64,000 nucleotides of DNA from Clostridiales bacterium (GCA_035378685.1 DAOSUL010000004.1:3562-67561), one strand, 5' to 3'; numbered from the stretch's first letter, positions 26,171 to 36,164 are shown. The notes: a model not told the origin generated them from the sequence alone. Numbers and translations are program-made.

Positions 26171-27892
26171 ATGAGTAAAGGTACGAGAAAAATGATTATT
26201 GCCGCGGCAATAATCGTACTCGTCGCCGCGCTCATCTATTGCGTATGGCTGGTACTGTCCCGTAAAAGCACGGCGGAACTGTACCTGGAAGCGGAAAAGA
26301 AGAGATTCGCAGAATTTGTCAATGATATAGAAGAGAGATATACCTCGCTGAAAAGCATATACCAGCCGTATATGGAACAGCGGTACAGCAGCAGGACGGA
26401 ACTTTCCCTGAAAGTCTCCGGCGGGCTCGAATCATTCGGGTTCAGCGATGCAGGTGCGGTTACGGACATATTGGGCAAATCGAAGCTGATCGTCAAAACC
26501 AGGACGGACCCGGCCATGGGGATCTCGGACACGGAAGCTAATCTGCTCCTTGAAAGGGCGCCTTTCCTGAATGCCCGGCTGTATTCCGATCCTCAGACAA
26601 TATGGCTTTCGATCCCGGATTTCCTGCCTGACAGGTATTTCAGCGTGCGTCGGGATGACCTTGAAGGCCTTTACGACAGGTTCTCGATACCGGTCAAACC
26701 GCTGAGGCTCGTTAGCGGCAGGGCAATCGCGGCGAACATTTGCTTTGACAGCAAAGCTTTCAAAGAATCTGCAGACAGGCTTGCCGATATCTGGGCGGGA
26801 TACCTAACTGATGATACGGTCACTGATAACGGTACGGGCGTCGAGAACATAGGCGGCCATGACATTGAGGGCAGAAAGATACTCGTCACGCTTGACGAGG
26901 AGAAGGCGACATCGCTGCTGAAAGAACTTCTGTCGGCCGCAGCCGATGACGACGCCCTGCTGACCTTTACTTACGGCAATTTTGCCGGTATTTCCGAACT
27001 GCTTGACGATGCAGGACTGTTCAGGCTGTTCAGCTACCTGGATGGATCCGGGACAGTGCTGCTGAGCGATTATGAAAAAGAGATACTGACAAGACTCAAT
27101 GTCCGCAAGGATGTGGAAAAGCTCAGTGAAGCACTGAAGAAGACCGCGGGATCCTACCGGCTGAGAAACGGTTTCAGAATGCACGTTATGCTGGACAGGA
27201 ACGGAGACATCGTCCAAAGGAGAGTCAGCCTGGACTTTCTCAATACTGCAGGCGGCGATTCGTTCAAAGTGGATATACAGACAGGCAGCGGCTTTAACGG
27301 GCACAGTTCTGTCAGGCTGACCCTTACGGAATATGAACAGGACAACACGGCCAATGAAAAGAGAGTGACCGAACTGTCTGTTGATTCCGTGATGAATGGG
27401 GCCAATGAATCCCTGAAAGAAGGGAATATAGATATAAGCTATTCTATCACAGAGGCTGGTGAGATGACCCGGATCGATATCGGTATCGGCATTTCCGACA
27501 AAATCGATGGCAGGACGCAGAAACGGATCAGCAGCATCACTGCTGAAGCTGATATATCCGGTGCGATAGAAGGGAGCATAAGCGCTTACATCGAAAACAC
27601 GTCCTGGGACAACAAAAAGCAGAACAAGACCAACAGCACCACCGGGATAAAAGTGGATGCGGATCTGCCGTTCCTCGGGATCAGCGGTCTTTCCGCCTCA
27701 ATGAGCATTGCGGACGAAGACGTTTTCGGCATAGATGAATTTTCGCTGCCGGATTTCAGCAAAGAGGCGGTAATGGACCTGTACGCCGCTTCCGATTCAG
27801 ACATCGATAAGCTTGGGTTTGAAATAATGGCGTCTTTCGGGACGTTCTACCTCAACAACAAGTATATATTCGATGCGCTGCTGGGCTGGTGA
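26171..27892 (+). CDS. hypothetical membrane-anchored protein (about 574 aa) inside the ABC-2 operon
   Basis: Single N-terminal TM helix (MIIAAAIIVLVAALIYCVWLVL) and a large extracytoplasmic body. No motif I recognise. Alternative starts at 26162 and 26165. Confidence 0.75.
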   Translation: MSKGTRKMIIAAAIIVLVAALIYCVWLVLSRKSTAELYLEAEKKRFAEFVNDIEERYTSLKSIYQPYMEQRYSSRTELSLKVSGGLESFGFSDAGAVTDILGKSKLIVKTRTDPAMGISDTEANLLLERAPFLNARLYSDPQTIWLSIPDFLPDRYFSVRRDDLEGLYDRFSIPVKPLRLVSGRAIAANICFDSKAFKESADRLADIWAGYLTDDTVTDNGTGVENIGGHDIEGRKILVTLDEEKATSLLKELLSAAADDDALLTFTYGNFAGISELLDDAGLFRLFSYLDGSGTVLLSDYEKEILTRLNVRKDVEKLSEALKKTAGSYRLRNGFRMHVMLDRNGDIVQRRVSLDFLNTAGGDSFKVDIQTGSGFNGHSSVRLTLTEYEQDNTANEKRVTELSVDSVMNGANESLKEGNIDISYSITEAGEMTRIDIGIGISDKIDGRTQKRISSITAEADISGAIEGSISAYIENTSWDNKKQNKTNSTTGIKVDADLPFLGISGLSASMSIADEDVFGIDEFSLPDFSKEAVMDLYAASDSDIDKLGFEIMASFGTFYLNNKYIFDALLGW

Positions 27893-27962
27893 GGTAATGA
27901 TATACGCGGATCAGCCGGACTGACGACAGGCCGGGACGATTTACGGGGGTCTGATAGCCGAT

Positions 27963-29180
27963 ATGACTTCATTTATAGCGCTCCTCAAAAATGACATCAG
28001 GCTTTTCCTCAGGGACTGGAAGGCATGCATTCTGCTGCTCATTACCCCTGTGTTCTTCATATCCTTTTTCACCTATGCACTGTCGCCGTACCTGGAAGAG
28101 AGCAGCTTCATAGAGCCATTCCCGATAGCACTGGTGGACAAGGAGAATACGACGCAGACGAGGATGCTCATCAACCAGGTCGAGGAGATAAGCATATTCA
28201 GTGAAGTTCTCAGAATGGACGAGGAAGAGGCGCTGCAGAGCCTGGCCGACAAGGAGGTCGGCGGCGTGATAATCATCCCGGAGGATTTCACCAACAGCGT
28301 TTCGATGGGGGAGAACAAGCCGGTCACCGTTATCAGCAACGGGGCGATGCCTCTCCAGGCATATATAGTGAAAAACACGGTCCAGAGCGCAGCTAACCTC
28401 GTGACGGCGGCACAGGGCGCGATAAACACCATCTGGCATTATGACACAGAAGCAGGGCTTTCCTACGATGAAAAGGACGCAAGGTTCAACGAAGCCGTCA
28501 TGGATTACATACTTGCTGCGCTTGCTAGGACATCCATATTCGAATCCGAGAAAGCTGCAGGAGATTACAGCGTCACACCCGCTGAGTATTTCACCGCAGC
28601 CCTGATTGTCGTTTTCATGATGTTTGCCGGCATGCCGGGGATGAAGATGCTCGTGACCGAGCGGACAGGCGGCATCACATCAAGACTTGCTGCAGCGCCG
28701 GTAAGGATGTGGAAGGTGGTCCTCTCAAAGCTGCTGGTTTCCATTATGCTGCTTGTGGTCCAGTTTGGCGTCATAATACTTTTGACTTCGAAAATTTTCA
28801 ACAATTACTGGGGAGCGCCGGTAAAGGATGTACTGATACTGTTTGGGGGTATCATCCTCGCAGTCAGCGCTTGGTCGGTGTTTACGGCGGCTGTTTCGCC
28901 GACGCCGGCTTCGGCCGATATCATTGGGAATCTTGGCATACTGCTGATGGCTGTGCTGGGCGGGAGCATATACCCGCTTACTTCGATGCCTGAAGGCATC
29001 CGCAGGATCAGTGTGTTCACGATAAACAGGTGGGCAATGGACGGGTTCATGGTCCTGTTTTCGGGCAGCAACGTCACGGATACCGGCACACATGCCCTGG
29101 TGCTTGCCGTGATGGGCCTGGTCCTGTTCGCAGCTTCTGCCCTCATACTGAGGTTGGCCGGAAGGAGGGAGGCAAGATAA
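27963..29180 (+). CDS. ABC-2 type transporter permease
   Basis: N-terminal TM helix, a large loop, and a five-TM C-terminal bundle typical of the ABC2_membrane family. Confidence 0.85.
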   Translation: MTSFIALLKNDIRLFLRDWKACILLLITPVFFISFFTYALSPYLEESSFIEPFPIALVDKENTTQTRMLINQVEEISIFSEVLRMDEEEALQSLADKEVGGVIIIPEDFTNSVSMGENKPVTVISNGAMPLQAYIVKNTVQSAANLVTAAQGAINTIWHYDTEAGLSYDEKDARFNEAVMDYILAALARTSIFESEKAAGDYSVTPAEYFTAALIVVFMMFAGMPGMKMLVTERTGGITSRLAAAPVRMWKVVLSKLLVSIMLLVVQFGVIILLTSKIFNNYWGAPVKDVLILFGGIILAVSAWSVFTAAVSPTPASADIIGNLGILLMAVLGGSIYPLTSMPEGIRRISVFTINRWAMDGFMVLFSGSNVTDTGTHALVLAVMGLVLFAASALILRLAGRREAR

Positions 29181-29185
29181 GGCTT

Positions 29186-30385
29186 TTGTCAGTTACGTTC
29201 TACAAGCTGAAAATGATGCTGGCGGACAAGCTTTTCTTCGCTGCGATGATAATCATCCCGATGCTGATAACGGTTGCGGCGGGATACGCGCTAAGGTATG
29301 AGAAGCTGAATACCATACCTGTCGCCGTCGTGGATGAGGACATGAGCAGCAGCTCGCAGTTGCTGACTGACCGGCTGAAAGGCAAGGAAGGCATCAGCCT
29401 TATCCTCGCCGGCAGGGAAGAAGCAGAGAAGATGCTGGAGAACAGCCAGGTAGAACAGGTCTATATCATAAAGCCGGGGTTCGAAGAAGCCCTGGAGCGC
29501 GGAGAAAGCGAAGGGCTGATAGAAATGCACAGCTCGCCGTCGTCATATTCGGCCGGTTTTGTCAGGGAGGTCGTGGCGGGCGAAGCGTTCAGGCTGATAA
29601 TGAACAATATGGCCGCCAACAGTGTGACGAGCAAGTACGACGAACTTGGGATAGACATGGGAAGCGGTTTCAGGGACGAGGTGATCGCGTACTCCGATTC
29701 TTTCTGGGAGCCGGAACCGCTGATGACCATAGACTACAGAGAACTAAGAGGGACAGCCGCCGAATCCGTCGACAGGGTTTCGATGCCGGCTGCGACAGCA
29801 TCATCCGCCGGGCTGATCACTGCATTCATAATGTTCTTCATGCTGTTCGGAAGCGGCTGGCTTGTGGAGGAAAGGACCAACGGCACCATAAAGAGGCTGA
29901 GCGCCGGTCACGGAGCGGTGGCCGTATCTTTCGGGGGCAGCATCCTGGCGCTTTTTGCGGCAGGCATACTGCAGGTCGTGATGTTTGGCGCGATCCTGAA
30001 GCTGTTTTTCGGCATCGTATTGTTCAACGGCGTCCTGTCCTACATCGCGCTGCTGTCATATCTGCTTGCTGTCGTCGCTATCAGCATGTTCCTTTCATCG
30101 ATACTGAAGACGCAGGCACAGCTGCAGGCGGGCGCACCCGTGATAGCACTGCTTACGGGGTTCATGGGAGGATGCTTCTGGAATTTCGTCGAGATGCCCG
30201 AAAGGATAAGGCTACTGTCGCTGCTGACGCCGCAGGGATGGGCGCTGAACGCCCTGAACGGCCTGCTGCTGGATCCTTCCGACGCATCCGCGATGATGCT
30301 GCCGGTAATGGTGCTTCTTGGGGCATCGCTGATTTTATTGCCCGCGAGTTATGTAATAATCAGGATGCAGTTAAGGAAAGGCTAG
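29186..30385 (+). CDS. ABC-2 type transporter permease (paralog of the previous gene)
   Basis: Same architecture as the previous gene. Start assigned to the TTG at 29186 so that SVTFYKLKMMLADKLFF aligns with the paralog's N-terminus. The ORF track start at 29030 overlaps the upstream gene. Confidence 0.8.
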   Translation: MSVTFYKLKMMLADKLFFAAMIIIPMLITVAAGYALRYEKLNTIPVAVVDEDMSSSSQLLTDRLKGKEGISLILAGREEAEKMLENSQVEQVYIIKPGFEEALERGESEGLIEMHSSPSSYSAGFVREVVAGEAFRLIMNNMAANSVTSKYDELGIDMGSGFRDEVIAYSDSFWEPEPLMTIDYRELRGTAAESVDRVSMPAATASSAGLITAFIMFFMLFGSGWLVEERTNGTIKRLSAGHGAVAVSFGGSILALFAAGILQVVMFGAILKLFFGIVLFNGVLSYIALLSYLLAVVAISMFLSSILKTQAQLQAGAPVIALLTGFMGGCFWNFVEMPERIRLLSLLTPQGWALNALNGLLLDPSDASAMMLPVMVLLGASLILLPASYVIIRMQLRKG

Positions 30386-30485
30386 ATAAAGACTTCGATG
30401 CCGGGGATCAGAAAGCGGCATGGTATCCGGAACCAAAAGCGCCAAATAAGTGTCATTATAAATACACAGAGTCAAAGGAGTAACT

Positions 30486-31157
30486 ATGGATAAGCTGAAG
30501 AATAAATTGCTGGACATATTGCTGTTTCCGGCCAGGCTCTATGAAGGGCTGACCGACAGGAAGGCAACGCTCATAGCCGGGATCGTGCTCGTAGGAGCGA
30601 TCGATTTCCTGCTTCCTGATGTGAAGGGCATAGTAAAAGAGCTGTTTTTGGGCAAGTCGGCACCAGACATCGTTTATAACGCCGGCATGGCCGCCCTGGT
30701 GCTGATGCTCCTGGGCTTTATAGACGTCATATTCGTCAGTGTGCCGCTTTTTGATATCGCCGCATACCTCAAGAGGAAAGAAGCGCGTTTCATTTCGGAG
30801 ACCGGCATCGAAGGCGGAGAACAGCAGCCTCCGCTGCAGCCCACAGTGATAAAGGTGATGAAGGCATACGTAATACTGCATTTCCTGGTGATCCCGGTGC
30901 AGCTCATCATTAACTATGCGATTCCTCCGGAAGTTTTCGAAGACGGCTCTGCCCTTTTGCAGAACCTTTCAGTGCTGCTGTTTATGCTTATTATGATATG
31001 GGGCGCGGCTATCCTGACAAGGGGGATCAATTCCATATTCCGGTTTGGCATGTTGTTCCGCAGGCTCATATTCATAATAGTGTTCACCTGGCAATATATA
31101 TTCGGCATGGTTTTTGACCTTCTGATCATTAACTGGCTCATGCAGTTGTTCAGGTGA
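30486..31157 (+). CDS. polytopic membrane protein, function unknown (possibly Yip1-like)
   Basis: RBS AAAGGAG. About five predicted TM segments. Confidence 0.65.
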   Translation: MDKLKNKLLDILLFPARLYEGLTDRKATLIAGIVLVGAIDFLLPDVKGIVKELFLGKSAPDIVYNAGMAALVLMLLGFIDVIFVSVPLFDIAAYLKRKEARFISETGIEGGEQQPPLQPTVIKVMKAYVILHFLVIPVQLIINYAIPPEVFEDGSALLQNLSVLLFMLIMIWGAAILTRGINSIFRFGMLFRRLIFIIVFTWQYIFGMVFDLLIINWLMQLFR

Positions 31158-31414
31158 AGGTTCCGGATTCCTGGCGAAGGAGGCAATTTCGCTGGGGATC
31201 GGTGAATGGCAGCATCAGTGCAGCCGGCATAACGGTATCATCTGCAGGCAGGATATCTGTCCCGGTAACAGTTCCTGTCCCGCTTCCCGTTTCTGTTCCT
31301 GTATCTGCACCTGTCCTGGCATCCGTATCTGCCCCGGATTCCGTCCTGCCAGCCGGCCCGTATGCCGCAAGCAGACACCTTGCTGAAAAAATTCCACCGG
31401 TTTGAAATTTACCG

Positions 31415-31444
31415 TTGACAACTGCACTTGTCCATTGCTATAAT
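31415..31444 (+). promoter_or_regulatory. sigma-A-type promoter of the trp leader
   Basis: TTGACA (31415-31420), 18-nt spacer, TATAAT (31439-31444). Confidence 0.7.
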
Positions 31445-31451
31445 TTTCTCT

Positions 31452-31734
31452 AAATACGCAACATATTTTACCAAACCGAGGAGCAAGACGAGTAGCAGTG
31501 GACTCCTGTATCCAGAGAGCCGCCGGCGGTGGGAATGCGGCTGCAGGAACATTGTGAATGGACTTGTGAGGGAAGCCCGAAATCGTAGGAGAGTAGGCGC
31601 TTACGGGGGTCCGACCCGTTATCAGCAGGATGCATATGATGGTATGCATGAATGAGTGGGCGCATCATGCGTCAATTTGGGTGGCACCGCAGAAGCTTAG
31701 GCTTTTGTCCCTTTTCCGGGACAAAAGCTTTTTT
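31452..31734 (+). promoter_or_regulatory. T-box leader, tRNA-Trp specific
   Basis: Stem I elements (AGTAGC, AGAGAG). Candidate specifier GAA-TGG-A with TGG at 31559-31561. T-box sequence AATTTGGGTGGCACCGC (31674-31690). Terminator GCTTTTGTCCC/GGGACAAAAGC followed by TTTTTT (31701-31734). Confidence 0.85.
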
Positions 31735-31831
31735 ATTTTCTGCACTTTTGCCGAATGGCAGATTTGCCCGGGAGAGCATATCTGCTGTCCCAACCAGTTA
31801 TATATATCAAGCCGGGAAAGAGGTGATTTTG

Positions 31832-33394
31832 ATGGTAAGACCTGAATACAGCGAAATCGTAAGGCTGGCGGGGCAATATGACGTAATTCCGGTCTGCAGG
31901 GAGATCTATGCCGATATCACGACTCCGATCGCGGTCCTCAGGACGATCTCCCGTACGAGCAGCAGGTACTTCCTTCTTGAAAGCATCGAGGGAGGAGAGA
32001 AATGGGGCAGGTATTCATTCCTGGGATACGACCCCATAGCGCGCATCACGTGCAGGAATGGGGAGATAACGATCGAAGGATCCTGCGATCGGCGCAAAAC
32101 TACCCTGCATACACGAAAACCCCTGGAGGTGCTGAGAAACTATATTTCTCAGTACCGGGCCCCTGCTCTGCCGGGTATCCCGCCGTTTGCCGGCGGATTT
32201 GTCGGGTATTTCGCATACGGCATGATCGGTTACGCGGAACCGGTCCTGAAATTCAGATCCGGCAAATTCAATGATTTTGACGTCATGCTGTTTGACAGGG
32301 TCATCGCATACGACCACCTTAAGCAGAAGATCAGTATCGTTGTGAACATGCGCACGGACAACATCGATGAGAACTACCGGAAAGCGCTGTCCGACATCGA
32401 AGATGTGGTCAGGCTGGTAAAGGAACAGGTTCCAATGGATCCGGAAACCCCTGGTGCTGCAGAACTTTATGGGAAAATCGGGGCAGGCACGAGTGCCGTA
32501 GCAACAGATGAAGCCGGGACAGTCGGAAACATGAAGGCAGCAGCGGCAATCAGGCCCGTTTTCACCTGCAACACCACGAAAGAAGAGTACTGTCACATGG
32601 TCGAAAAGGCGAAAGGATATATCAGGAACGGCGATATATTCCAGGCGGTCATCTCCAGGCGCTTTGAGACCGAATACAGGGGCAGCCTCCTTGACGCATA
32701 CCGCGTCCTGAGGACGACCAACCCGTCGCCGTACATGGTGATGATGCAAATCGATGACGCACAGGTGATCAGCACGTCTCCGGAAACCCTGGTAAGGCTT
32801 AAAGACGGCGTTCTCACGACATTCCCCATAGCAGGCACGAGGCCACGCGGCAAGGACGACCGCGAAGACAAAGCGCTGGAGGAGGAACTGCTTGCGGATG
32901 AAAAAGAGCTGGCGGAACACGACATGCTGGTCGACCTCGCAAGGAACGACCTTGGAAAGATATCCAGGTACGACAGCGTGCGTGTGACAAAATACAGGAT
33001 GGTACTGCGGTATTCACGGGTCATGCACATAGCTTCGGAAGTGGAGAGCCTCATCAGTGGGGGCAAAGACGCCTTCGACGCCATTGAAGCGCTGCTGCCG
33101 GCCGGGACATTGTCGGGAGCGCCCAAGATCCGTGCATGCGAGATCATCGAAGAACTGGAGAAGGAGCCCAGGGACATATACGGAGGAGCCATCGGATACA
33201 TAGACTTCACCGGCAACATGGATGCATGCATAGCGATCCGCATGGCTGCCAGGAAGGGAGACAGGGTCTATGTCCAGGCCGGCGCGGGCATAGTTTGCGA
33301 CAGCATTCCCGAAAGGGAGTACGAGGAGTCCGGTAACAAGGCCAGGGCCGTAATAGAGGCCATTATTGGGGCAAGCGAGGTGGATGAGCCATGA
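31832..33394 (+). CDS. trpE: anthranilate synthase component I
   Basis: LESIEGGEKWGRYSF and GAIGYIDFTGNMDACIAIR. ATG at 31832 follows AAAGAGGTG. The ORF track start at 31652 lies inside the T-box leader. Confidence 0.93.
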   Translation: MVRPEYSEIVRLAGQYDVIPVCREIYADITTPIAVLRTISRTSSRYFLLESIEGGEKWGRYSFLGYDPIARITCRNGEITIEGSCDRRKTTLHTRKPLEVLRNYISQYRAPALPGIPPFAGGFVGYFAYGMIGYAEPVLKFRSGKFNDFDVMLFDRVIAYDHLKQKISIVVNMRTDNIDENYRKALSDIEDVVRLVKEQVPMDPETPGAAELYGKIGAGTSAVATDEAGTVGNMKAAAAIRPVFTCNTTKEEYCHMVEKAKGYIRNGDIFQAVISRRFETEYRGSLLDAYRVLRTTNPSPYMVMMQIDDAQVISTSPETLVRLKDGVLTTFPIAGTRPRGKDDREDKALEEELLADEKELAEHDMLVDLARNDLGKISRYDSVRVTKYRMVLRYSRVMHIASEVESLISGGKDAFDAIEALLPAGTLSGAPKIRACEIIEELEKEPRDIYGGAIGYIDFTGNMDACIAIRMAARKGDRVYVQAGAGIVCDSIPEREYEESGNKARAVIEAIIGASEVDEP

Positions 33395-33972
33395 TCCTTA
33401 TCATCGACAACTAAGACAGCTTCACATACAACCTGCTGCAGCTCGCAGGGTCGTTCGATCCTGATACCAGGGTGGTGCGAAATGACAGGATATCCGTCGA
33501 CGAAATCATCGGCATGTACCCGTCCCACCTGATCATTTCCCCCGGTCCGGGGCATCCGAAAGATGCCGGGATCTGCAGGGAACTGGTCCATGGGATCAAG
33601 GGCATGATACCTGTCCTTGGCATATGCCTCGGACGCCAGGTCATCTGCGAGGCCTTCGGCGCGGCGATCGTACCTGCGAAACAGCCTGTGCACGGTAAAC
33701 AGAGGGAAATCCATATTGCGAACGGGAGCCGGATATTCAGGGGCCTGCCGCCGGTGATAAAGGCAGGAAGGTACCATTCACTGGCGGTCAGGAGGTCGGA
33801 CCTCCCGGAGGACCTGCTGGTGATCGCGGAAGACAGCGACGAGGAAATAATGGGCGTAAAGCACAGGGATTATGAAATATACGGCCTCCAGTTCCATCCT
33901 GAGTCTATACTGACGCCGCAGGGGGGAGTCATAATGGGCAATTTCCTGAAAATCGGGGGTGACGGCGAATGA
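33391..33972 (+). pseudogene. trpG: anthranilate synthase component II (glutamine amidotransferase) interrupted by an in-frame TAA at codon 8
   Basis: ATG 33391 overlaps the trpE stop (ATGA). Reads MILIIDN-TAA(33412-33414)-DSFTYNLLQ..., then stays in frame through GICLG and HPES to the TGA at 33970-33972. Confidence 0.8.
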
Positions 33973-34982
33973 TCAAAGAGGCCATCCACAGGCTGCTGAA
34001 CAAGGAAGACCTTACCTTTGAAATGACCGGGGCGGTCATGGACGAGATCATGAGCGGAACTGCGACGAATGCGCAGATAGCATCTTTCATAACGGCTCTC
34101 AGGATGAAAGGCGAGACCATCGACGAGATCTCGGCCTGTGCTTCTGTGATGAGGAAGCACGGAACCAGGCTGAGATATGACGGGGATCTGCTGGATATCG
34201 TCGGCACCGGGGGAGACCAGTCATATACTTTCAACATATCGACGGTATCCACTTTTGTGATCTCCGCTGCCGGTGTACCCGTGGCAAAACACGGCAACAG
34301 GAGCGTCTCGAGCAAGTGCGGGAGCGCTGATGTGCTGGAAGCGCTGGGCGTCAACATAGATATCCCCGTTTCGAAAAGCGAAAGGATACTGCGGGAAATC
34401 GGGCTGTGCTTCATGTTCGCTCCCCGATACCATTCTTCCATGAAATATGCCGCGCCTGTGAGGAAAGAGCTCGGGGCGCGAACCGTTTTCAACATCCTTG
34501 GGCCTCTTTCGAACCCTGCCAATGCGAACCACCAACTGCTGGGCGTCTATGATGAGAACCTGGTGGAGCCTCTCGCAAGAGTGCTTGCAAAGCTGGGCGT
34601 GAAAAAAGCGATGGTGGTGCATGGCCTCGACGGGCTGGATGAGATATCGCTGACTGCAAAATCCGTTGTCTGTGAAGTCAACAACGGGAATCTGAACAGT
34701 TTCTTTTTCGATCCGCGCCAGTTCGGGTTCGAGTACTGCAGGCCGGAGGACCTGACCGGGGGCGGACCGGAAGAAAACGCCGATATCGCAAGACGCATCC
34801 TGAGCGGCGAAAAGGGGCCCAAAAGGGACACGGTGCTGCTGAATTCGGCCGTGTGCCTGTATATGTTCTTTGACAACGTGACATTGAGGGAGTGCGTGAG
34901 GATCGCCGCGGAAATGATAGACAGCGGAAGGGCGATGCAGCAGCTATACAGGTTCGTGGAGCTTTCGAATTCTCCGGATTGA
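33969..34982 (+). CDS. trpD: anthranilate phosphoribosyltransferase
   Basis: GTGGDQSYTFNIST, KHGNRSVSSKCGSADVLEALG. ATGA overlap with trpG. Confidence 0.93.
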   Translation: MIKEAIHRLLNKEDLTFEMTGAVMDEIMSGTATNAQIASFITALRMKGETIDEISACASVMRKHGTRLRYDGDLLDIVGTGGDQSYTFNISTVSTFVISAAGVPVAKHGNRSVSSKCGSADVLEALGVNIDIPVSKSERILREIGLCFMFAPRYHSSMKYAAPVRKELGARTVFNILGPLSNPANANHQLLGVYDENLVEPLARVLAKLGVKKAMVVHGLDGLDEISLTAKSVVCEVNNGNLNSFFFDPRQFGFEYCRPEDLTGGGPEENADIARRILSGEKGPKRDTVLLNSAVCLYMFFDNVTLRECVRIAAEMIDSGRAMQQLYRFVELSNSPD

Positions 34983-35105
34983 TGTGAAGCGGTATGTGGT
35001 TTTGCCGGCGGGACCACTTCGGGTTTTCAGGAGACCGCAAGGCTTAACTGATCATATTGAGCCGGGGGGAGAGGAAATCATTTTTGACAAGGCAGGTGCT
35101 GAAAG

Positions 35106-36164
35106 GTGATTCTTGATACTCTGGCGGCTTCCACCAGGCTGCGGGTGGAATCAGCCAAAAAGCTGACACCGCTGGATGAGTTAAAGCGGCAGGTGGCCCT
35201 TCTGCAGCGTGTGTCAGAAGGTAATGCGGCGAAGTGCAGTATGTCAGGTCTTGATGCGCCGGATACATCATGCCAAAATGCGTCCGGATACAGCGCGCCG
35301 GATATGCCAGGCTGCAAAACGCCGGGATATAATGTGCCGGACGCACCGGGTCATAATACGTTGGGCCTTGACATGCCGGATACACCTGATTTCAACACGC
35401 CGGGCCGCGACGATCCGGGCCATAATGCGCCGGATCATGATCCATCCGGCTGCAGCGCGGCCAAATGCAGCATGCGTGAGCCCTTTGCCTTCGAAAAAGC
35501 ACTCAGGGGAAACGGGATTTCGTTTATCTGTGAAGTAAAGAGGGCGTCACCCTCAAAAGGGGTCATAGCGCAGGATTTCCCGTATGCCCGCATCGCCTTC
35601 GAGTATGCGGAAGCAGGAGCTGATGCGATCTCTGTTCTGACGGAACCCGAATACTTCCTCGGGTCGGACGCTTATCTGTGCGAGATCAGCAGAACTGTCG
35701 ATATTCCCGTGCTTCGCAAGGATTTCATCATAGACGAATACCAGATATGGCAGTCGAAACTGATCGGCGCAGATGCCGTGCTGCTGATATGCGCGCTGCT
35801 GGACACCGAAACACTGGGGAGGTATATCGGTATATGCGATGAACTTGGTCTTTCAGCCCTTGTGGAGGCCCATACCGGCGAGGAAGTCAGGTCCGCGCTG
35901 GAAGCGGGAGCGAGGGTCATCGGCGTCAACAACCGCGATCTCAGGACCTTCGAAGTCGATATCAATAACTGCATCAGACTGAGGGAACTGGTGCCGGACG
36001 GAATAACCTTCGTTGCGGAAAGCGGCATCCATAACCGTGAAGACATACTCATGCTTGAAAAGGCCGGCGTGGATGCGGTCCTGGTCGGAGAGTCGCTCAT
36101 GAGAAGCAGTGACAGGAAAGCCATGCTGTCATACCTTAAAGGAAAAACCGCGGGAGAAAAATGA
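35106..36164 (+). CDS. trpC: indole-3-glycerol-phosphate synthase with a 77-codon low-complexity insertion
   Basis: MILDTL... N-terminus, EVKRASPSKG, NNRDLRTFEV. GTG start 7 nt after GGCAGGTG. Insertion at 35244-35474. Confidence 0.9.
   Translation: MILDTLAASTRLRVESAKKLTPLDELKRQVALLQRVSEGNAAKCSMSGLDAPDTSCQNASGYSAPDMPGCKTPGYNVPDAPGHNTLGLDMPDTPDFNTPGRDDPGHNAPDHDPSGCSAAKCSMREPFAFEKALRGNGISFICEVKRASPSKGVIAQDFPYARIAFEYAEAGADAISVLTEPEYFLGSDAYLCEISRTVDIPVLRKDFIIDEYQIWQSKLIGADAVLLICALLDTETLGRYIGICDELGLSALVEAHTGEEVRSALEAGARVIGVNNRDLRTFEVDINNCIRLRELVPDGITFVAESGIHNREDILMLEKAGVDAVLVGESLMRSSDRKAMLSYLKGKTAGEK

Noticed and set aside
31154-31405. 83-aa Pro/Val/Ser-rich ORF whose GTG overlaps the stop of the upstream membrane protein gene (GTGA).
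   Set aside because: The coupling-like overlap is suggestive. However, the sequence is a translated CCTGT/CCCG repeat, and the AAGGAGG nearby is not correctly spaced to any start codon. The evidence is insufficient.
33412-33414. The TAA in trpG as evidence of an alternative genetic code or programmed recoding.
   Set aside because: TAA terminates other well-defined genes in the window (serS, floA, mazE) at the expected protein ends. A single nonsense change or a base-call error is the simpler explanation.
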